From contig JBJKVZ010000026.1 in the NCBI GenBank assembly GCA_045562345.1, positions 23,820 to 87,819 on the forward strand: a DNA stretch of 64,000 nucleotides, written 5' to 3'. This document shows positions 20,200 to 30,438 of the stretch, one piece after another. A program made the position numbers and the translations under genes. Origin of the DNA: Flavobacteriaceae bacterium (GTDB taxonomy: Bacteria > Bacteroidota > Bacteroidia > Flavobacteriales > Flavobacteriaceae). The first letter of the stretch is position 1. Every line of letters starts with the position of its first letter. The notes under the pieces were generated by a model, which saw only the letters and a list, made by a program, of their open reading frames with translations, had not been told where the DNA came from and made no database searches.

Positions 20200-22813
20200 A
20201 GTATTTTTTAGAATTTTCTAATAATTTTTTTATTCCTGATGGGTTCTTTCCTGTAGCAGTTGCAAAAAATTGTTGTCCCCCGCCCCCTGCATTAATAAAT
20301 ACACTTAATTGATCAACAATTTTTTTTGCGTCGAGTTTTGAATCAATTAAATTTTTTGAAATATAGCAAACTAAAAAGGCCTTTCCTTCATGACTTGAAC
20401 ATAAGATTAACATTAAGTTGTCTATTTGATCACCAGCTTTAAAAGCCAGATTTTTTAATAACTCAGGTGAGCATTTTAATTCAATTGCACAGAAGTTTTT
20501 GTTATTTAACTTTATCAAATCTTCTTTTATATCACTTAAATAATATTTTACTAATTGGTTATTAATGCTATCAATTTTTTTACTTGAGACTATATTTTGG
20601 TTCTTCAATTTATTAATAGCATCGATTGGATCTTTTGGATTTAATAATAATTCATTAACCTCTTTAAGAATTTTAGATTGTTTGGTCAAATAATCCATTG
20701 CATTTTTACCACTTAAAGCTTCTATTCTTCTTATACCAGTTGATATAGCAGATTCTGAAATAATAACAAAGGATCTTAGTTGATCTGTATTTTCAATGTG
20801 TGTTCCACCACAAAGCTCAAAGGAATCACCAAACTTTATTGACCTTACAACATCTCCGTATTTTTCACCAAATAAAGCCACAACACCATTTTTTAAACAT
20901 TCGTCCAGTGATGCCTCTCTATTTTCCTCCAAACCTAATTTCTCAACTATTTTTTTATTTACAAAGCTCTGTATATCATCCAATTCTATATTTGATAATT
21001 TAGAAAAATGGGAAAAGTCAAATCTTAGGTATTTGTCAGAAACCATAGATCCTTTTTGCTGAACATGATCACCCAACACATTTCTTAAAGCTTGATGAAG
21101 AAGGTGAGTTGCAGTATGATTACATGAAAGGTTTAATCTTCTTTTACCATCTACTTTTAAAATCAAATTATCATTTTTTTTGGGAAGATTTTTAGTGATA
21201 TGAATAATTGAATCATTTTCTTTAATGGTATCAACAACTATAACTTTATCGCTTTCTTTTAAATTCCCAGATTCAATAACACCCCTATCACCTGACTGCC
21301 CACCTCCTTGAGGATAAAACGGTGTTATATCAAAAACTATGTGATAATTAATTTCGTTGTTTTTGTCTTTTACCTCACGATATCTTAAAATTTTAGATTT
21401 TGAATCAAGATGATCGTATCCTATGAAATTGGTGTTATGAGTTGATTCAACCATTCTTACCCACTCATTTGAATTTGAATATTCAAGCGATTTTGATCTG
21501 TTTTTTTGTTGATTCATTAATTTATTAAACTCACTCTTGTTGTATGTCATCCCTTCTTCTCTTAAAATCAAAGATGTCAAATCTATTGGAAAACCATAAG
21601 TGTCGTAAAGTTCAAAGGCAGCTGACCCAGAAATTTTATTATTTGTCTTTTTGCTTATAGTTTCGTTAAGTCTAAGGATACCCTTTTCCAAAGTTTTTAA
21701 AAAAGATTTTTCTTCTTGTTTTATTACACTTTTTATTAATTCGTTCTGTTTTTTCAGTTCAGGGAAAATTTCAGAAAATTGATTAGACATTATTTCAACT
21801 AATTTATATATATGTGGAGATTTTAAATTTAAATAAGTATAGCCATATCTGATCGCTCGCCTAAGTACTCTTCTTATAACATAGCCTGCGCCATTGTTAG
21901 ATGGCAACTGTCCATCAGCTATGGAAAAAACTACAGCCCTTAAGTGGTCAACAATAACCCTAAAAGCGACATCTTTTTTATCATTCTTTCCATATTTAGA
22001 ATCACTCGTAACCTCTAATTCTTTAATAATTGGAATAAATATATCAGTATCATAATTTGATTTTACACCTTGAATTATCATAGATAATCGCTCAAGACCC
22101 ATTCCAGTATCAATATGTTTAAAAGGTAGCTTTTCCAAACTTCCATTTGTTTTTCTATTAAATTCTATGAATACTAAATTCCATATTTCAATAACCTCCG
22201 GGTGGTCTTTATTAACTAAATTTTTAGCAGGAATTTTAGACTTTTCTTGCTCGGATCTAATGTCAATATGAATTTCTGATGAAGGTCCACAAGGCCCAAA
22301 CTCGCCCATTTCCCAAAAATTATCATTTTTGTTTCCTAAAATAATCCTGTCATCATCTACTATCTTTTTCCATAAAGCATAAGCTTCGGCATCTTTTTTA
22401 GTTCCATCTTTTTTTGAGCCTTCAAATACAGTAACATAAAGATTTTTTTTATCAATTTTATAAACATCCGTTAAAAGTTCCCAAGCCCACTCTATTGCTT
22501 CTTTTTTAAAGTAATCTCCAAAACTCCAATTTCCTAACATTTCAAACATTGTATGGTGGTAGGTATCAACACCTACTTCCTCCAAGTCATTATGTTTACC
22601 TGAAACTCTTAAACACTTTTGAGTATTTGCTAACCTTTTTTCAACCACATCAACATTACCCAAAAAATTATCTTTAAATTGATTCATCCCTGCGTTAGTA
22701 AACATTAATGTTGGGTCATTTTGAACAACCATTGGGGAAGATTTTACAATTTTATGGTTCTTACTTTTGAAAAAGTTCAAAAACTTGGAACGTATTTCGT
22801 TAGATTTCATCAA
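20183..22813 (-). CDS. alaS: alanine--tRNA ligase
   Basis: 876 aa. It has a class II AlaRS N-terminus (FTNAGMNQFK), an editing domain with HTATHLL, and a C-terminal DHHA1-type GGG motif. Confidence 0.97.
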   Translation of the reverse strand: MMKSNEIRSKFLNFFKSKNHKIVKSSPMVVQNDPTLMFTNAGMNQFKDNFLGNVDVVEKRLANTQKCLRVSGKHNDLEEVGVDTYHHTMFEMLGNWSFGDYFKKEAIEWAWELLTDVYKIDKKNLYVTVFEGSKKDGTKKDAEAYALWKKIVDDDRIILGNKNDNFWEMGEFGPCGPSSEIHIDIRSEQEKSKIPAKNLVNKDHPEVIEIWNLVFIEFNRKTNGSLEKLPFKHIDTGMGLERLSMIIQGVKSNYDTDIFIPIIKELEVTSDSKYGKNDKKDVAFRVIVDHLRAVVFSIADGQLPSNNGAGYVIRRVLRRAIRYGYTYLNLKSPHIYKLVEIMSNQFSEIFPELKKQNELIKSVIKQEEKSFLKTLEKGILRLNETISKKTNNKISGSAAFELYDTYGFPIDLTSLILREEGMTYNKSEFNKLMNQQKNRSKSLEYSNSNEWVRMVESTHNTNFIGYDHLDSKSKILRYREVKDKNNEINYHIVFDITPFYPQGGGQSGDRGVIESGNLKESDKVIVVDTIKENDSIIHITKNLPKKNDNLILKVDGKRRLNLSCNHTATHLLHQALRNVLGDHVQQKGSMVSDKYLRFDFSHFSKLSNIELDDIQSFVNKKIVEKLGLEENREASLDECLKNGVVALFGEKYGDVVRSIKFGDSFELCGGTHIENTDQLRSFVIISESAISTGIRRIEALSGKNAMDYLTKQSKILKEVNELLLNPKDPIDAINKLKNQNIVSSKKIDSINNQLVKYYLSDIKEDLIKLNNKNFCAIELKCSPELLKNLAFKAGDQIDNLMLILCSSHEGKAFLVCYISKNLIDSKLDAKKIVDQLSVFINAGGGGQQFFATATGKNPSGIKKLLENSKKYFTDLK

Positions 22814-22914
22814 ATGAAAATTAAATAATTTTTAAAAAAACAATTTTATATCTTTACTTAAGTTATGTTTTTATATCAGTCTTATAAATCAGTAAAAATA
22901 CTATAATTTAGTTA

Positions 22915-23892
22915 ATGTTTAAGACCAAGTATTACTACGATCAAAAAACTCTTTCTTACAGAAAGATTGAAATCAGTAAAATATCTCGGATAAGAAAAAC
23001 ATTGGCCTTTTTAATAAGTTCCATGTTTTTTGGAATAATGGTTTTGTTATTTTTATTAAACTCTACAATAATTAACACGCCTACTGAACTTTCTCAAGCC
23101 AGGGAAATTGCTAATTATGAACTTCAATTTGATATTTTAAATAAAAAAATCAATCAGTTAAACACTGTTTTACAAAATATTGAAGAAAGAGATAATAATA
23201 TTTACCGTGTTCTTTTTGAAACCAACCCAATTCCCTATGATATCAGAAGAGCTGGATTTGGCGGAATTAATAGATATAAAAATTTAGATGGTTATGAGAG
23301 CTCTGAACTTGTCATTGAAACAAATAAGAAAATTGATATTCTTACTAAACAAATAGTAATTCAATCTAAATCACTAGATGAAATCGAAAGATTAGCTAAT
23401 GAAAAGGAAAAACTACTTGCAGCAATCCCTTCAATTCAGCCAATTAAGAATAATGATTTAACCAGAATGGCATCAGGTTTTGGTTTTCGAACTGATCCTT
23501 TTACAAAATCTAGAAGAATGCATAAAGGAATGGATTTTACTGCTCCAAGAGGGACTCCAATTTATGCAGCAAGCGATGGCATAGTAACTAGAGCTGACTC
23601 AAGATCTTCTGGATATGGTAAACATATAAGAATTGATCATGGTTTTGGATATATGACATTATATGCACATTTAAGTAAATACAATGTTAGAAGAAATCAA
23701 AAAGTAAAAAAGGGTGACATTATTGGTTTTGTTGGTAATACTGGAAGATCTCAGGCTCCGCATCTACACTATGAGGTAATTAAAGACAACAAAAGACTGA
23801 ACCCAATCAATTTTTATTATGGTGATCTTACTCCTGAAGAATTCGAAGAATTATTAAAGATTGCTAATCAAGAAAACCAATCATTAGATTAA
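22915..23892 (+). CDS. M23 family metallopeptidase (N-terminal TM + coiled coil)
   Basis: 325 aa with HKGMDFTAPRGTPIYAASDG and GNTGRSQAPHLHYEV (LytM/M23 motifs). Confidence 0.9.
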   Translation: MFKTKYYYDQKTLSYRKIEISKISRIRKTLAFLISSMFFGIMVLLFLLNSTIINTPTELSQAREIANYELQFDILNKKINQLNTVLQNIEERDNNIYRVLFETNPIPYDIRRAGFGGINRYKNLDGYESSELVIETNKKIDILTKQIVIQSKSLDEIERLANEKEKLLAAIPSIQPIKNNDLTRMASGFGFRTDPFTKSRRMHKGMDFTAPRGTPIYAASDGIVTRADSRSSGYGKHIRIDHGFGYMTLYAHLSKYNVRRNQKVKKGDIIGFVGNTGRSQAPHLHYEVIKDNKRLNPINFYYGDLTPEEFEELLKIANQENQSLD

Positions 23893-24209
23893 TGCATGTC
23901 AATCTGCCTGAAAAATTATATTACAGTATTGGTGAAGTTTCTAAAGCTTTTGAAGTAAATGCATCTCTTATAAGATTTTGGGAAAAAGAGTTTGAAGAAT
24001 TTAATCCAAAAAAAAATAAAAGAGGGACTAGGAGATATTCATCAATTGACATTGAAAAACTTCAAATAATTCATCACTTAGTAAAGGAAAAAGGCTATAC
24101 ACTTGACGGAGCAAAGGAGCAGCTTAAAATTTTAAATAAAAATTTTGAAGTTATTAAAAAATTAGAAAAAATCAAGGCTATCCTAATAAATATTAGAAAT
24201 GAACTTTAA
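23892..24209 (+). CDS. small MerR-family HTH transcriptional regulator
   Basis: 105 aa with an N-terminal HTH (YSIGEVSKAFEVNASLIRFWEKEF). Its start overlaps the M23 stop (TAATG). Confidence 0.8.
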   Translation: MHVNLPEKLYYSIGEVSKAFEVNASLIRFWEKEFEEFNPKKNKRGTRRYSSIDIEKLQIIHHLVKEKGYTLDGAKEQLKILNKNFEVIKKLEKIKAILINIRNEL

Positions 24210-24211
24210 AA

Positions 24212-25516
24212 TTATTTTTTTCTAAAATAAACACTGATTGGCACTCCACTGAAATTATACAATTCTCGAATTTTATTCTCCAAAAACCTTTTGTAAGGTT
24301 CTTTAACGTATTGTGGAAGATTACAAAAAAAAGCAAATTGGGGATGGGATGATGGAAGTTGAGTACAAAATTTAATTTTTACATATTTTCCCTTATATGC
24401 TGGAGGAGGTGTTTTTTGAATAATTGGCAACATTTCATCGTTTAGTTTTCTAGTTACAATAGTATTTTTTCTGTTTTTATAGACATTCATAGCTGTTTCA
24501 ATTGCTTTAAATATTCTTTGTTTAGTTAGACTTGAAATGAAAACAATTGGAACATCTGTAAAAGGTTCAATTTCTTTACTTATAGCTTCCTCAATGAATT
24601 TTATAGTATTGGTTTTTTTATCTACTAAATCCCATTTATTTACTAAAATGACAATCCCTTTATTATTTCTTTCAGCAAGCCAAAAAATATTTTTAACCTG
24701 TGCATCAAAAGATCTAGTAGCATCAAATAGAATTAAACAAATGTCAGCATTTTCAATTGTTCTAATTGATCTTACAACAGAGTAAAACTCAATGTCATCA
24801 TTAATTTTTGATTTCTTTCTAATACCAGCAGTATCTATTAATTTAAAATCAAATCCAAATCTATTAAAATGAGTATCTATACTATCCCTAGTCGTTCCTG
24901 CAATATCGGTGACTACATAACGTTCTTTACCTAATAAGGCATTTATAAAAGAGGATTTACCTGCATTGGGTCTTCCAACAACAGCAAATCTTGGAATATT
25001 GTTTTCCTCATTTTTTGATTTTTCTGGAAAAAAATTGACTAATTCATCTAATAATTCTCCTGTCCCTCCACCATTAATAGCTGCAATATTAAAAGATCTT
25101 TCAAATCCCAAACAGTGGAATTCATTTGAATCCATTTGTCTTTTATGGTTATCTACTTTATTAATAGCAAGTATAACTGGTTTACTAGACTTGTGTAGTA
25201 ATCTTGCAATCTCACTATCCATTGTATTAAGCCCACTCTCAACATCTACAGTAAATATGATTACATCAGACTCTTCAATGGCAATCATAACTTGGTCATT
25301 TATTTCTTTTTCAAAATTATCATCTCCCCCAAGCATGTATCCACCTGTATCAATAACTGTAAAATCTTTACCATTCCAAAAAGAAAATCCATAGTGTCTA
25401 TCCCTTGTTACACCACTTGTTGGATCAACAATAGCATCTCTTTTTTGAATCAACCTATTGAAAAGGGTAGATTTTCCAACATTAGGTCTTCCAACAATAG
25501 CAACTATAGAACTCAT
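24212..25516 (-). CDS. der: ribosome-biogenesis GTPase Der (EngA)
   Basis: 434 aa with two tandem GTPase domains (GRPNVGKST and GRPNAGKSS) and a KH-like C-terminus. Confidence 0.96.
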   Translation of the reverse strand: MSSIVAIVGRPNVGKSTLFNRLIQKRDAIVDPTSGVTRDRHYGFSFWNGKDFTVIDTGGYMLGGDDNFEKEINDQVMIAIEESDVIIFTVDVESGLNTMDSEIARLLHKSSKPVILAINKVDNHKRQMDSNEFHCLGFERSFNIAAINGGGTGELLDELVNFFPEKSKNEENNIPRFAVVGRPNAGKSSFINALLGKERYVVTDIAGTTRDSIDTHFNRFGFDFKLIDTAGIRKKSKINDDIEFYSVVRSIRTIENADICLILFDATRSFDAQVKNIFWLAERNNKGIVILVNKWDLVDKKTNTIKFIEEAISKEIEPFTDVPIVFISSLTKQRIFKAIETAMNVYKNRKNTIVTRKLNDEMLPIIQKTPPPAYKGKYVKIKFCTQLPSSHPQFAFFCNLPQYVKEPYKRFLENKIRELYNFSGVPISVYFRKK

Positions 25517-25561
25517 TGTTTTTTATTTAGGAGTGCAAATCTAATGTTTTAATCAATTATA

Positions 25562-26443
25562 TTATTTTTGATTATACCCAAATTTTTTAAGCTGATTATC
25601 ACTGGATCTCCAGTTCTTATTAACTTTTACCTGAAGTTCTAAAAAAATCTTTTTATTAAAAAAAGCTTCCATATCAATTCTAGATTCAATACCAATCTTT
25701 TTAATAGCGTCTCCTTTATGACCAATAATAATTCCTTTTTGACTGGTTCTTTCAACCATTATTATAGATTTAATTTTAATAATATTAGGTTCCTCTTGAA
25801 ATGTTTCAGTAACAACTTCAACAGAATATGGAATTTCTTTTTTAAAATAAAGCAATATCTTTTCTCTAATAATTTCATTTACAAAAAATCTTTCTGGCTT
25901 ATCTGTAATTTGATCTTTAGGGAAATATGCAGGTCCCTCAGGTAAAATATCTATAATTCTATTTTTTAATTCTTTAACATTAAACTTCTCTTTAGCGGAA
26001 ATTGGCCATATTTCAGCATTTGGTAAGGTTTCTTTCCAATAATCAGTTTCAGCCTCTAACTTGATCTGATCAATGTTATCAATTTTATTAATTATTAAAA
26101 AAAGAGGAGTTTTAGAAGATTTTATTTTATTAAAAAGTTTTGAATCTTTTAATTCCCGATCCCTATATTCTACCATATAAAGCAAAATATCTGCATCTTC
26201 AAAAGTCATATTTACAAAGTCCATCATAGACTCATGAAGTTTATGTGCTGGTTTTAAAATTCCAGGTGTATCAGAAATTACCAACTGAAAATCTTTAGAA
26301 TTTACAATACCCAAAATTCTATGTCTTGTTGTTTGTGCTTTATGGGTAATTATTGACAACTTTTGACCTACAAAAATGTTTGTTAAAGTTGATTTACCAA
26401 CATTAGGATTACCAATTATATTTATATAACCAGATTTATGCAT
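25562..26443 (-). CDS. era: GTPase Era
   Basis: 293 aa with the P-loop GNPNVGKST, DTPG, NKID and a C-terminal KH domain. Confidence 0.95.
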   Translation of the reverse strand: MHKSGYINIIGNPNVGKSTLTNIFVGQKLSIITHKAQTTRHRILGIVNSKDFQLVISDTPGILKPAHKLHESMMDFVNMTFEDADILLYMVEYRDRELKDSKLFNKIKSSKTPLFLIINKIDNIDQIKLEAETDYWKETLPNAEIWPISAKEKFNVKELKNRIIDILPEGPAYFPKDQITDKPERFFVNEIIREKILLYFKKEIPYSVEVVTETFQEEPNIIKIKSIIMVERTSQKGIIIGHKGDAIKKIGIESRIDMEAFFNKKIFLELQVKVNKNWRSSDNQLKKFGYNQK

Positions 26444-26526
26444 CTAAAAGCAAAGGTAAGGTGCTTAATTATAATTGATATTACTTTTTTCTATAAATTA
26501 AAAATGTTGTAAATTCGCCCTCACAT

Positions 26527-26599
<73 letters not shown>

Positions 26600-26610
26600 C
26601 TAAAACAATA

Positions 26611-26647
26611 AAACGGTTATACTTTTATAAATTGTAGCCGTTTTTTA
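26611..26647 (+). terminator. probable rho-independent terminator after the tRNA
   Basis: AACGGTTATA (26612..26621) pairs with TGTAGCCGTT (26633..26642) with G:U wobbles. A T6 run follows. Confidence 0.45.
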
Positions 26648-26747
26648 ATTCCCAAATCTAAATAGGAGTTTTTTATAAACATATAATATTAATTTATAAT
26701 TTTTTAAAGTTTTAAATAAATTAATTATTTTAATAAAAATTTAATAC

Positions 26748-27110
26748 ATGGAAACTTTACATATTGTAATTCAATCAATAATAGCCATTGGAATTTTTAA
26801 TGTTTGGATTTTTAGATTTAATAAACCTTCAATTTACAGAGCTGCAGATGCAATAAACATGGAATCAGAGTTCAAGGCCTATGGTTTTGATAAATCATTT
26901 ATGAATATTATTGGTTTTTCTAAACTATCTCTTGCATGCCTATTAATTGCAGGCATCTGGTTTCCAAATGTAGTTAATCCCTCAGCTTTTTTAATGGGAT
27001 GCTTAATGATTGGAGCAATAGGAGTCCATATTAAAATTAACGATCCACTGATAAAGTCTCTACCTGCATTTACAATGCTTGTACTTTGTTCTCTACTAAT
27101 TATACTGTAA
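26748..27110 (+). CDS. small DoxX-like integral membrane protein
   Basis: 120 aa with four predicted TM helices. The family assignment is from general resemblance only. Confidence 0.45.
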   Translation: METLHIVIQSIIAIGIFNVWIFRFNKPSIYRAADAINMESEFKAYGFDKSFMNIIGFSKLSLACLLIAGIWFPNVVNPSAFLMGCLMIGAIGVHIKINDPLIKSLPAFTMLVLCSLLIIL

Positions 27111-27141
27111 GATTTATTAATTAAATTTGATTAATAAACCT

Positions 27142-27149
27142 TATTTTTG
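27142..27149 (+). promoter_or_regulatory. Bacteroidota-type -7 box TATTTTTG upstream of aconitase
   Basis: Exact TAnnTTTG match ending 17 nt before the ATG at 27167. Confidence 0.3.
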
Positions 27150-27166
27150 CAATCAAAGTTATTCTT

Positions 27167-29434
27167 ATGGCATTTGATATTGAAATGATTGTAAAAGTTT
27201 ACAAGCAAATTCAACAAAGAGTTGATAAGGCTAGAGCAATCAAAGGTACCCCACTTAGTTTATCAGAGAAAATTTTATACTCACATCTTTGGAATAACAA
27301 ATATGAAAAACCCTTTAAAAGAGGAATTGACTATGTAGATTTCGCCCCAGATAGAATTGCTTGTCAAGATGCAACTGCTCAAATGGCATTGCTTCAGTTC
27401 ATGCAGGCAGGAAAAAAAAGTGTCGCTGTTCCTACAACTGTACACTGTGATCATTTAATTCAAGCTTCCGTTGGTGCATCTAAAGATCTTCAAACTGCAT
27501 TAAATAATAGTAACGAGGTTTTTAATTTTCTTGAATCTGTATCTGATAAATATGGAATTGGTTTTTGGAGACCTGGTGCTGGGATTATTCATCAAGTTGT
27601 ATTAGAAAATTATGCTTTCCCAGGGGGTATGATGATAGGAACAGATTCTCACACAGTTAATGCGGGCGGACTAGGAATGGTAGCTATTGGAGTTGGTGGA
27701 GCTGATGCAGTTGATGTTATGGCTGGAATGGCTTGGGAACTGAAGTTTCCCAAATTAATTGGAGTAAAACTAACAGGAAAATGCTCTGGATGGACATCAC
27801 CAAAAGATGTTATCCTTAAAGTTGCTGGGATTTTAACAGTTAAGGGAGGTACTGGAGCAATAATCGAATACTTTGGGCCTGGAGCAAAATCAATGTCATG
27901 CACTGGAAAAGGAACTATTTGTAATATGGGAGCTGAAGTTGGAGCTACAACTTCAACATTTGGTTATGATGAATCAATGGAAAGATACTTAAGATCAACA
28001 GGTAGAAGTGATATTGCTGATGCAGCAAATAATGTTAAAGATTATCTAACGGCTGACCCTGAAGTTTATGCAGAACCTGAAAAATATTTTGACCAGGTTA
28101 TTGAAATTAATCTTTCTGAGCTTATGCCTCACATAAATGGACCATTTTCACCCGATATTGCCACTCCAGTTAATAAAATGGGAGATAAAGCTAAAGAAAA
28201 CGATTGGCCTTTAAAAGTTGAATGGGGTCTAATTGGATCATGTACTAATTCTTCTTATGAAGATTTGTCCAGAGCAGCATCTATTGCCCAACAAGCAATT
28301 GACAAAGGATTGAAAACTAAAGCTGAATTTGGAATAAACCCCGGATCAGAACAGGTTAGGTTTACAGCTGAAAGAGATGGATTCTTGGATGTATTTGAAA
28401 ATTTAAATGCAAAAATTTTCACTAATGCTTGTGGACCATGTATTGGCCAATGGGCAAGAGAGGGTGCCGATTTAAAAGAAAAAAACTCGATAGTTCATTC
28501 TTTTAATAGAAATTTTGCAAAAAGAGCTGATGGTAATCCAAATACTCATGCCTTTGTTGCTTCACCAGAAATGGTTGCAGCAATTGCAATTTCAGGAAGG
28601 TTAGATTTTAATCCTATTTCTGATTTATTAATTAATTCAGATGGAGATCAAGTTAAATTAGAAGAGCCCTCAGGTTGGGAGCTTCCTCCAAAAGGGTTTG
28701 AGGTTGAAGATGCAGGATATATTGCCCCCTCTAAAGATGGTTCAAGTATTGAAGTCAATGTAAATAAAAATTCTGAGAGATTACAGCTTTTAGAACCATT
28801 CAAACCATGGGATGGAAAAAATATTTTAAATGCAAGACTTTTAATCAAAGCCTTAGGAAAATGTACTACGGATCACATCTCGATGGCTGGACCATGGCTA
28901 AGATACAGAGGGCACCTAGATAACATTTCAAATAATTGTTTAATTGGAGCTGTAAATGCTTTTAATGAAAAAACAAATTTTATAAAAAACCATTTGAATG
29001 GAGATTATGAAGGGGTTCCTGATGTTCAGAGACAGTACAAAAAAAATGGAATTGACACAATTGTAGTTGGGGATCACAATTACGGTGAAGGTTCATCTAG
29101 AGAGCATGCAGCAATGGAACCCAGACACTTAGGTGTAAAAGTAGTTTTAGTAAAATCATTTGCAAGAATACATGAAACAAACTTAAAAAAACAAGGAATG
29201 TTAGGTATAACATTTAATGATGAAAATGATTATGATTTAATACAAGAGGATGACCTTTTTGATTTTATTGATTTAGAAAGTTTTAGTCCAGGAAAAAAAA
29301 TTACTATAGATATAAAACACAAAGATGGCTCAAAAGACAGAATTCTTGCTAACCATTCATATAATGAACAACAAATTGAGTGGTATAAAGAGGGCTCAGC
29401 ACTTAACCTGATTAAAAAAGAGAATTTAAATTAA
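27167..29434 (+). CDS. acnA: aconitate hydratase (monomeric, mitochondrial/AcnA-like 755-aa type)
   Basis: It has the Fe-S ligand motifs [15 protein letters not shown] and CGPCIGQW, plus a C-terminal swivel domain ([15 protein letters not shown]). Confidence 0.95.
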   Translation: MAFDIEMIVKVYKQIQQRVDKARAIKGTPLSLSEKILYSHLWNNKYEKPFKRGIDYVDFAPDRIACQDATAQMALLQFMQAGKKSVAVPTTVHCDHLIQASVGASKDLQTALNNSNEVFNFLESVSDKYGIGFWRPGAGIIHQVVLENYAFPGGMMIGTDSHTVNAGGLGMVAIGVGGADAVDVMAGMAWELKFPKLIGVKLTGKCSGWTSPKDVILKVAGILTVKGGTGAIIEYFGPGAKSMSCTGKGTICNMGAEVGATTSTFGYDESMERYLRSTGRSDIADAANNVKDYLTADPEVYAEPEKYFDQVIEINLSELMPHINGPFSPDIATPVNKMGDKAKENDWPLKVEWGLIGSCTNSSYEDLSRAASIAQQAIDKGLKTKAEFGINPGSEQVRFTAERDGFLDVFENLNAKIFTNACGPCIGQWAREGADLKEKNSIVHSFNRNFAKRADGNPNTHAFVASPEMVAAIAISGRLDFNPISDLLINSDGDQVKLEEPSGWELPPKGFEVEDAGYIAPSKDGSSIEVNVNKNSERLQLLEPFKPWDGKNILNARLLIKALGKCTTDHISMAGPWLRYRGHLDNISNNCLIGAVNAFNEKTNFIKNHLNGDYEGVPDVQRQYKKNGIDTIVVGDHNYGEGSSREHAAMEPRHLGVKVVLVKSFARIHETNLKKQGMLGITFNDENDYDLIQEDDLFDFIDLESFSPGKKITIDIKHKDGSKDRILANHSYNEQQIEWYKEGSALNLIKKENLN

Positions 29435-29435
29435 C

Positions 29436-29753
29436 CTACTCAGGAGCCAATTCAAAAACAAACCCATCCAATTCTTTAGTTATTTGAATTTGACAACCCA
29501 ACCTTGAGTTTTCTTTAACAAAAAAAGCTTCCGAAAGCATTGCTTCTTCATCTATACTTTTTTCATTTGGTAATTTTTTCTCATGAACATAAATTTGACA
29601 TGATGCACACATAGCCATTCCACCACAAATTCCTTGAACAGGAAACTCATAACTTTTACATAACTCCATTAAATTCATATTAATATCAATTGGTGCTTTT
29701 AAGAAATGTTTTTTACCATTTCTATCTATCAAAGTAATAGTTATATCGTTCAA
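29436..29753 (-). CDS. 2Fe-2S ferredoxin (adrenodoxin/putidaredoxin type)
   Basis: 105 aa with the Cys pattern CGGMAMCASCQIY...LGCQI. Confidence 0.88.
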   Translation of the reverse strand: MNDITITLIDRNGKKHFLKAPIDINMNLMELCKSYEFPVQGICGGMAMCASCQIYVHEKKLPNEKSIDEEAMLSEAFFVKENSRLGCQIQITKELDGFVFELAPE

Positions 29754-29773
29754 AACAAATTTTGTTCAAATAT

Positions 29774-29800
29774 AAAAAAAAGGGGCTAGGCCCCTTTAAT
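29774..29800 (-). terminator. rho-independent terminator (minus strand) after the Fn3-like gene
   Basis: Perfect hairpin AGGGGC-TAG-GCCCCT (29781..29795), flanked by A8 on the plus strand. That is T8 downstream on the minus strand. Confidence 0.8.
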
Positions 29801-29832
29801 TAATTGTAAATGGAATAAGGTTAATAATTAAT

Positions 29833-30274
29833 TTATTGTGTTTTAAATGAATAGACTATTGAATAACTGCTATTCGTTCCATCTGATGTTTTAACCCTCC
29901 AATAGTAAGTAGTTGCTGCTTCTAATGCAACATCAAGGGTTTTGGCGGATATTCCAGTCTGAGCGGATGGTGGTGTTTGTTTTCCGTCAGTAGCGTCTAC
30001 ATAAAGAGTATAAGTAAGTGTATCCCCACTATCCGGATCACTTCCTTCCCATGTAAAAGTTACTTTACCTTCTTCACTTCTAGCTATAGTTGATCCTGAA
30101 CCTGGAGCTTTTAAATCAGCTGGAAAAGGTGCATAATTAACAATGCCTGGCCCAGATAAATAAAACTTCCATGTATCACTCCCAAGTTGTATCTGTGCTT
30201 AAGGTACCAGAAACATCAGTCTGCGAATACACAAAACCAACTACAAATAGAAATAAGTATTTTAAAAATTTCAC
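29833..30274 (-). pseudogene. small secreted Fn3/Ig-like domain protein, frame broken between 30179 and 30198
   Basis: My translation starts at the GTG at 30274: (M)KFLKYLFLFVVGFVYSQTDVSGTLSTDTTWE*, a signal peptide. The next frame continues GSDTWKFYLSGPGIVNYAPFPADLKAPGSGSTIARSEEGKVTFTWEGSDPDSGDTLTYTLYVDATDGKQTPPSAQTGISAKTLDVALEAATTYYWRVKTSDGTNSSYSIVYSFKTQ*. The terminator sits directly downstream. It is not in the ORF track. Confidence 0.6.
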
Positions 30275-30314
30275 AAAGAAAATAGACTAATTATTCTTTA
30301 AATTAATTATTATA

Positions 30315-30404
30315 TGAACACTAAACAATTAATCGTTCACAGATTTTTATTATAAATATTTATATAATAGTTCATTAACTGAACTATTTATAAATAATAG
30401 TTCA
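30315..30404. promoter_or_regulatory. cluster of GTTCA/TGAAC half-sites and a 30-bp-spaced direct repeat (ATAATAGTTCA) upstream of the Fn3-like gene
   Basis: Half-sites are TGAAC 30315..30319 and GTTCA 30335..30339. A palindrome AGTTCA-N5-TGAACT spans 30369..30385, and a further AGTTCA lies at 30399..30404. ATAATAGTTCA occurs at 30364 and again at 30394. Confidence 0.35.
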
Positions 30405-30438
30405 CTTTACTGATATATAAGTCAAATAATTGTAAGAA

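Noticed and set aside
24966-25394. 142-aa antisense ORF (plus 24537..24785 and 25292..25552) inside der
   Set aside because: The sense strand encodes an unambiguous double-GTPase Der. The antisense products are S/L/I-rich with no features.
27114-27137. Inverted repeat TTATTAAT-N8-ATTAATAA after the DoxX-like gene as a terminator
   Set aside because: The stem is purely A/T and has very low predicted stability. Such palindromes are expected by chance at this base composition. I did not call it as a feature.
26600-29434. tRNA-Met as a genomic-island integration site
   Set aside because: The downstream genes are a DoxX-like membrane protein and aconitase. I saw no integrase, no mobility genes and no direct repeat of the tRNA 3' end by eye.
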